Source of the DNA: Candidatus Omnitrophota bacterium
GTDB lineage: Bacteria; Omnitrophota; Gorgyraeia; Gygaellales; Profunditerraquicolaceae
Direction of reading: 5' to 3'
NCBI GenBank assembly: GCA_028712255.1
Contig: JAQTQJ010000008.1
Coordinates: forward strand, 7,773-71,772
DNA length: 64,000 bases
The notes below the pieces were generated by a model. It was not told the origin of the DNA and searched no databases. It saw only the letters and a list, made by a program, of their open reading frames with translations. Numbering within the stretch: position 1 is the first letter of the stretch; each line of letters opens with the position of its first letter. Both the position numbers and the translations under genes were made by a program. Positions 58,867 to 64,000 of this stretch are shown here, piece after piece.

Positions 58867-59658
58867 ATGAGTGATGAGCTAAGTAAGCTTTGGAGACCAC
58901 AAGATGATAAGGGAAATCGCTTGTATTCTGGCATTCCCAATTGTCTTCTCATGGAGATAATAAATGGGACATACAAACCTACTGAATCTCAGGTATTACT
59001 TTTTATTGCTAGAATGAGTTGTGGAATGATGAGGAGAGAACAAACAAATTACCTTGGATTAGGTGATATTGAAGCAGAAACAGGTATTAAAATACCGCAT
59101 TTGTCTAAGATAATCAATGAACTTATTAGGAAAGGTATTCTACTAAGAGGTAAGGAATCAGCCAAAAAGTATAAATACGCTATAAATCTTTATTACTATG
59201 GTCTACCAATGAAGTATTACAAAATTAGGCATAGTCTTAAAGAAATTAAGGATGATGAAGAAGTATTTGGTGTGTTAGATTACAGATTTGGTAAGCCTGT
59301 AAAAGACGAGAGGGCTATAGTTGTATATAATTCAAAGGGTTATGAGAAGCAAGAAAATGGCTATATAAAGACTGATATAAATACTGATAGAAAGATAGAT
59401 ACTACTGTTAAAAATAACTCTTATAATTCTTTAGTATCTAGTTTTATGAAAGATATTAAAGAACACGATTGTGCAGATACAATACTAAAACACATGCAGC
59501 AAATGCATGTTAATGGCTATAATCCCGATCTTATAATTTTAGCTTATGATGCTGAATGGATACGTAAGGGCTACGTAGCCCCAGATGTCGGTAAAGGCAA
59601 TATTGAAACAGCTGAAGGAAAATTTAAACATTGGCTAAAAATACGTAATAATGTTTAA
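58867..59658 (+). CDS. replication protein with phage lambda O-like N-terminal domain
   Basis: 263 aa; ESQVLLFIARMSCGMMRREQTNYLGLGDIEAETGIKIPHLSKIINELIRKGIL matches Phage_rep_O N-terminal pattern. Confidence 0.55.
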   Translation: MSDELSKLWRPQDDKGNRLYSGIPNCLLMEIINGTYKPTESQVLLFIARMSCGMMRREQTNYLGLGDIEAETGIKIPHLSKIINELIRKGILLRGKESAKKYKYAINLYYYGLPMKYYKIRHSLKEIKDDEEVFGVLDYRFGKPVKDERAIVVYNSKGYEKQENGYIKTDINTDRKIDTTVKNNSYNSLVSSFMKDIKEHDCADTILKHMQQMHVNGYNPDLIILAYDAEWIRKGYVAPDVGKGNIETAEGKFKHWLKIRNNV

Positions 59659-59738
59659 TTAATACATCAATTTGACAAAGTAAATGCATCTATTTGGAAG
59701 GAAAGTTAACAAAAGAAGACTCTTGTAATGAGGAGCGT

Positions 59739-59975
59739 ATGATAATTAAATGTAGAGAATGCAAAAAGGAAATTTCTTCAGAAGCTAATTCTTGTCCGCA
59801 TTGCGGATGTCCACAGAAACAAGAACAAGTAGGTGTGCCTAAATGTCCTACTTGTAACTCAACAGAAGTTGAAAAAATATCAGCGGGAGACAAGGCAATG
59901 ACAATGTTCCTTTGGGGTTCAGTTAAGAATTTTACTTGTACCTTTAAGTGTAGAAAATGTGGTCACAAATGGTAA
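59739..59975 (+). CDS. small double zinc-ribbon protein
   Basis: CRECKK..CPHCGC and CPTC..CRKCGH pairs. Confidence 0.5.
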   Translation: MIIKCRECKKEISSEANSCPHCGCPQKQEQVGVPKCPTCNSTEVEKISAGDKAMTMFLWGSVKNFTCTFKCRKCGHKW

Positions 59976-59994
59976 CTATCAGATAAGGGAAACT

Positions 59995-60258
59995 ATGAAT
60001 TCCATAAATATTATATATACTTGTTTGATTATTTTTGGTATTTTGTTTATTTGCAGAGAAATTATTTGCTGGTGGTTTAAAATGAATCAGGTTGTGAATC
60101 TACTTACTGAAATACGGGATATTTTACATGCTAAAAAGAATAAAGGAGAAGGATCTAAACAACCTATAGCGAAACTACAGGAAAAAGAAACAGTCATATT
60201 AAAAGATTTTTTTGGAAAACCGCATAAGGTAACTTCATTTAAGGATGAAAATAAATGA
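59995..60258 (+). CDS. small membrane-anchored hypothetical protein
   Basis: N-terminal TM IIYTCLIIFGILFICREIICWWF. Confidence 0.4.
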   Translation: MNSINIIYTCLIIFGILFICREIICWWFKMNQVVNLLTEIRDILHAKKNKGEGSKQPIAKLQEKETVILKDFFGKPHKVTSFKDENK

Positions 60259-60755
60259 AAGTAAAAAGGCTAGTTTGTTTATTAGTTTTAGTATTATCAA
60301 TGAATGGATGCGTTACAGTAACTCCCTTGATCCATAAAGAATTTGAAAGTAGCAGGACATTTCAATCTACTTATAATGAAGTCTGGCAGGCAGCGGTTAA
60401 GTCCGCTACTTCTACGGGAGATGCTATACTAGCAGCTGAGAAAGAGGGCGGGTTGATATCTTTTGATAGGAGGGTTTCTCTCAATATTAGACCAAAGGCC
60501 GACCTTGCTTTAATTCCCAAAAACCGATATTGCTGGAATCCGCACATTTCAGTTAATTTAATTCTAAAGGAATTGAATCCTGAGAAAGTGAGTGTAAGTG
60601 TCAAAGTGAGGATTACTGCTACATGCGGTGGCAATCTTGGTTTTACCTTCCCAGCACTAGCTGATTTAGGTTCTAGCGGTGAACTTGAGAAGGAGTATTT
60701 AGATAAAATACAAGATTTTCTTATTGGAGATAAATCACCGAAGGATAGTAAATAG
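60255..60755 (+). CDS. lipoprotein, paralog family A (second copy)
   Basis: 166 aa; lipobox SMNGC; shares motifs with ORF 56213. Confidence 0.65.
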   Translation: MKVKRLVCLLVLVLSMNGCVTVTPLIHKEFESSRTFQSTYNEVWQAAVKSATSTGDAILAAEKEGGLISFDRRVSLNIRPKADLALIPKNRYCWNPHISVNLILKELNPEKVSVSVKVRITATCGGNLGFTFPALADLGSSGELEKEYLDKIQDFLIGDKSPKDSK

Positions 60756-61110
60756 CTGTAATTTAAAATAATCAAACAAAACTGTTATTTATTACGAAAT
60801 AAAGGAAGAAAAGAAACAGAATAGTACATAATAGGGTAAATTACAAGCATTTCCCTTCACTTTGCCTCAAAAGACAATATAGCTTACCGAAGTCAAATAC
60901 TAAACTTACCGAAGAATGGGTATAGTCGGTTCCGAAACTACCCCGAAACACACCGAAGCGAAATACGACCCCAGCTATAAATTAATTATAGAGTTATAAA
61001 ACAATTTAGCTATAATAATGTTAATAGCTATAGGACGATTTACTGTTCTTAGCAGTATTTCTGTATTGCTGTTTTTTAAGAAGGATGTATTCTTATAAGT
61101 TGATGATAAG

Positions 61111-61752
61111 ATGAAAAAATGGTTAAAAATACTAGCTGACTTAAGAAGAGTTTCAAGAAGTGGAGCAGTCAAGTATGTCCCTTTAGATAAAGGAAAGGGT
61201 TTTTTTATTTTTAAGAAGCCAGAAGCTCCCTTAGAGTATACTTCTTATGAGCTAGATGCTAAGGGCATTGATAGGAAGAAGGTGGAATTTAGATGTATGA
61301 TATTTACAGGCAAAGAGATAATCTATGCGAACCAGAAAAGAAAGATTGGAGCTTACATAAAGAAGTATGATAAAGAGATTAATTCTTCTCCGGAGTTTCT
61401 GATAAGTAATTTCTTGGCCGCAAGAGACTATAAAATTCAATCCCCAAAGTATGCTAGACCAATTATGGATCTTTTTAGAAGGCTTGGTTTATTAAGAGAA
61501 AAGAGAGGCAAAGTTAAGATACCAGATACTACCACACAAAATCTAAGATGGTTTATAAGGGAGCAGTTTGAGTTACTCTCTAAGAAGAAGCCTTTACCAA
61601 TAGAAATCTTACAAAGAAAATTAGAGCGAGAAGTGCATAGGTTATTCCCAGATAACCCCGAAAAAGCCGAGAAGTACTATTGGAATGACTTAACTGTAAG
61701 GAGGTTAATTGAAAAGCATCTGCTATTAAGAAGAATTATCTTTAAGAAATAA
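61111..61752 (+). CDS. hypothetical basic protein
   Basis: 213 aa, K/R-rich; preceded by TTACCGAAG iteron-like repeats. Confidence 0.45.
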   Translation: MKKWLKILADLRRVSRSGAVKYVPLDKGKGFFIFKKPEAPLEYTSYELDAKGIDRKKVEFRCMIFTGKEIIYANQKRKIGAYIKKYDKEINSSPEFLISNFLAARDYKIQSPKYARPIMDLFRRLGLLREKRGKVKIPDTTTQNLRWFIREQFELLSKKKPLPIEILQRKLEREVHRLFPDNPEKAEKYYWNDLTVRRLIEKHLLLRRIIFKK

Positions 61753-61863
61753 TTTTCTTAATGTAACGATTTAAAACAAGTTTTGATTTATTATAGACCC
61801 TGTAAGCAAAAGCTTATGGGGTTTTTTTATTTGTCTAACAATCTTTAAAAAGGAGAGGAAAAA

Positions 61864-62124
61864 ATGGGTAAGGGCGATGGGAAGCTAATAGACAGGATTC
61901 AAAAGAGCGGAGTAGTTTTAAGCATTTGGAAGAATCCTGGTGTTAAGGATGGTAAGGTAGTTGGGATAAATACCTTTGTGATTAATAGGTGCTATCTAAA
62001 TAAGAAAGATGGGAAATGGTATTATCCCAAAGACTTCAAAGAGTCAGATTTGCCGGCAATTAAAGAAGCAATAGATGAGTATTTATTAAGATCACAGGAG
62101 GATAACACTATGAATGGGAGTTAA
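61864..62124 (+). CDS. hypothetical protein
   Basis: 86 aa; strong RBS AAAGGAGAGG. Confidence 0.4.
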   Translation: MGKGDGKLIDRIQKSGVVLSIWKNPGVKDGKVVGINTFVINRCYLNKKDGKWYYPKDFKESDLPAIKEAIDEYLLRSQEDNTMNGS

Positions 62125-62306
62125 TGATAAGGCGAGGCAAGTATGATACTTAGCATTATACTAAGTTAGTTATACTTTTACTCATGAATAATACTACTTA
62201 GTAATACTCATAAAACATACTAATTAATAATACTCATGAATGATACTTATTAATAATACTCTAGTATTATACTTAGTTATGATACTAGACAATAATTACT
62301 AGAAAG

Positions 62307-62495
62307 GTGGATAAAATGTTAACTCCAATTAAAGCAATACGAAAGTGGTGTCTTAGTTGTCAAGAATCTTGTTCTCTAGTACGGTATTGTGATGATACTG
62401 AATGTCCTTTATTTCCGTATCGTATGGGTAATAATCCAAAGAGGAAAGGCATAGGTAGAAAAAAATCAAATCCTACACAAGAAACCAATACTTGA
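62307..62495 (+). CDS. small Cys-rich (zinc-binding) phage-type protein
   Basis: 62 aa; CLSC..C..C..C pattern, basic tail; preceded by TAATAATACTC iterons. Confidence 0.45.
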   Translation: MDKMLTPIKAIRKWCLSCQESCSLVRYCDDTECPLFPYRMGNNPKRKGIGRKKSNPTQETNT

Positions 62496-62607
62496 GTTGA
62501 TAATTTTGAATGGAAGATTGCTTATAAGTAAAAGCATGCCATTAAAATACTTATTTAAAAAATGCTTAGTTGAGTTGGGTAAAATAGGGAATAGGAATTT
62601 TATTCTT

Positions 62608-62790
62608 ATGGATAAACGACTTTTAAATATAACAGAGCTATCAGAGTATTTACGTTTGACTAAAGGCACTCTTTATGTATGGGTGTGCCATAAGAAAATT
62701 CCTTATTTAAAGATCGGGAGTTCGCTAAGGTTTGATTTAACTCAAATTGACAACTGGCTTAAAGGGAGAAGGGTCGCAGAAATGACTTGA
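62608..62790 (+). CDS. excisionase-family HTH (HTH_17) protein, Xis-like
   Basis: LLNITELSEYLRLTKGTLYVWVCHKKIPYLKIGSSLRFDLTQIDNWL; Met at 62608 preferred over track start 62497. Confidence 0.6.
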   Translation: MDKRLLNITELSEYLRLTKGTLYVWVCHKKIPYLKIGSSLRFDLTQIDNWLKGRRVAEMT

Positions 62791-62817
62791 CAAACTGAAT
62801 AAACTATACTAAAGTAT

Positions 62818-63003
62818 ATGAAGGATATGGGAAAGAGATATTTCATAAGAGACTTAGAGAAGATACTTCAGGTAAGCCGTAGGACTTATTTCTATTGGGA
62901 GCAAACCGGAAAAGTGCCTAAGCCCAAGAGGACTACTATGGGTAATTATCGTTATTGGACTAAAGAAGAGATTAACAAACTAAAGAAGCTGATAGAGGGA
63001 TAA
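62818..63003 (+). CDS. small HTH DNA-binding protein (AlpA/Xis-like), immediately upstream of int
   Basis: 61 aa; ILQVSRRTYFYWEQTGKVPKPKR..YWTKEEIN. Confidence 0.5.
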   Translation: MKDMGKRYFIRDLEKILQVSRRTYFYWEQTGKVPKPKRTTMGNYRYWTKEEINKLKKLIEG

Positions 63004-63004
63004 A

Positions 63005-64000
63005 ATGGGAGTTATTCTTAAAAGAGATAATTGGTATGTAGATTACTATTTTAACGGAAGAAGAAAAAGAGAGAAAATCGGCACTAGCAAAAAGCTGGCT
63101 GAAATTGTGCTCAAGAAGAGAAAAGTTGCTATAGCTGAAGGTAAGTTCCTAGATATTAAGAAAGAGCAGAAAGTAAGGTTTGATGAATTTGCCGATGAGT
63201 ATTTAGTGGTGCATTGCAAATCTAATAACAAGTCGTGGTTTAAATCTGATTATTTTAACCTTAAGAATCTAAAAGCTTATTTCGGTAATAAATACCTTCA
63301 CGAGATAACCCCGAAAGACATTGAGCAATACAAAGCAGAGAGGATTAAAGAAGTTAAAAAGCAAAAGACGGAAGACAAAGAGGAGCAGTTTATATCTCAT
63401 GCAACAGTAAATAGGGCGTTAAACTGCCTTAGTTCTTTGTATAATCGTGCTATTGAATGGGGTAAAGCAACAGATAACCCCATGAGTAAAGTGAAGCTTT
63501 TTAAGGTGCCTGATAAGCGAGTTCGTTTCCTTGAGAAAGAAGAAATAGACAAGCTCTTATCTCATTGCTGCGAGCATCTAAAGCCAATAGTTATTGTTGC
63601 CTTACATACTGGTATGCGTAAGGGTGAGATCCTGGGGCTTAAATGGCACGATATAGATATTAAAAGAAATATAATCCACCTATACGATACCAAGAACGGA
63701 GAAAAGAGAGAAGTGCCTATGAACGAAGTTGTGCAGAAGACCGTCATAGGCGTTCTTAAAAACCCAGAAAGCCAATATGTCTTCTGTAATAAAGATAATA
63801 AACCTTATGGGAATGTCAGAAAATCATTCTTTACAGCTCTTAAAAAGGCGGGTATAATTAACTTTCGCTTCCACGATTTAAGACATACCTTTGCTTCTCA
63901 GCTTGTTATGTCAGGAGTTGATTTAAATACTGTTAGAGAGCTTCTGGGGCATAAATCCATTGAAATGACCCTTAGGTATAGCCATCTATCTCCAGACCAT
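63005..64000 (+). CDS. int: tyrosine recombinase / phage integrase (3' end beyond window)
   Basis: 332 aa in window; N-terminal SAM-like domain, catalytic region with R (HTGMRKGE), HDLRHTFAS, LLGH motifs; catalytic Tyr not reached. Confidence 0.85.
   Translation, partial: MGVILKRDNWYVDYYFNGRRKREKIGTSKKLAEIVLKKRKVAIAEGKFLDIKKEQKVRFDEFADEYLVVHCKSNNKSWFKSDYFNLKNLKAYFGNKYLHEITPKDIEQYKAERIKEVKKQKTEDKEEQFISHATVNRALNCLSSLYNRAIEWGKATDNPMSKVKLFKVPDKRVRFLEKEEIDKLLSHCCEHLKPIVIVALHTGMRKGEILGLKWHDIDIKRNIIHLYDTKNGEKREVPMNEVVQKTVIGVLKNPESQYVFCNKDNKPYGNVRKSFFTALKKAGIINFRFHDLRHTFASQLVMSGVDLNTVRELLGHKSIEMTLRYSHLSPDH

Larger units (their letters stand above)
55759..64000 (+). mobile_element. putative integrative element (tRNA fragment to tyrosine integrase; right end beyond window)
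   Basis: AT-richer than core, tRNA fragment at left, lambda-O-like rep protein, iteron-like repeats, xis-like HTH genes followed by int at right edge. Confidence 0.55.

Overview
Low-GC (about 38-40%) bacterial chromosomal window. All of the roughly 90 credible genes lie on the + strand; every minus-strand ORF in the track is embedded in a + strand gene with recognisable domains and looks spurious.

1-45 kb is a tightly packed housekeeping and biosynthesis core. In order: class I DAHP synthase, pgi, a Dus tRNA-dihydrouridine synthase, a Tpx peroxiredoxin fused to a pterin-4a-carbinolamine dehydratase domain, 2-oxoacid:ferredoxin oxidoreductase alpha and beta, a TadA-like deaminase, recG, rsmD, coaD, yceD-rpmF-plsX-fabH-fabD-fabG-acpP-fabF, leuC-leuD-leuB, asd, truA, rplM-rpsI, a truncated IS30-family transposase remnant, a complete argC-J-B-D-F-G-H set, lysA-dapF-dapA-dapB plus a DapL-type aminotransferase, folK, panC, an aspartate-dehydrogenase-like gene, a small internally duplicated Lys-rich protein, uvrA and an 836-aa TPR protein.

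45.1-55.65 kb is one co-directional type IV pilus locus: a DUF2582-like winged-helix protein, a PilX_N-like minor pilin, an excisionase-family HTH protein, a PilM-PilN fusion, pilO, pilP, pilQ secretin, pilB (with two MshEN-type c-di-GMP-binding motifs), pilC, two tandem near-identical major pilin genes and three further pilin-like genes, two of which have Ser instead of Gly at the -1 processing position. No pilT or pilD occurs in the window.

At 55,759 a tRNA-Ala-like 5' half (through the anticodon loop only) is followed by a 370-nt structured non-coding region and an AT-richer segment running to the window end. It carries paralogous lipoproteins, a triple zinc-ribbon/TM2-like membrane protein, a BamE-like lipoprotein, a lambda-O-like replication protein, iteron-like repeats, two Xis-like HTH genes and a tyrosine integrase truncated at the window edge. 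This is most likely an integrative element whose second att site lies outside the window.

Three families of conserved intergenic repeats are scattered through the core operons: (i) eight copies of an AT-rich perfect palindrome GGGAC(C)GTT(T)CTATTTTT...AAAAATAGAA(A)C(G)GTCCC; (ii) four copies of a GC-rich ~90-bp MITE-like element with GTCATYCTGAG terminal inverted repeats, two of which now supply a gene end (the panC 3' end and the TPR 5' end); (iii) TAAGCT-based imperfect hairpins inside the fab, leu and arg operons.
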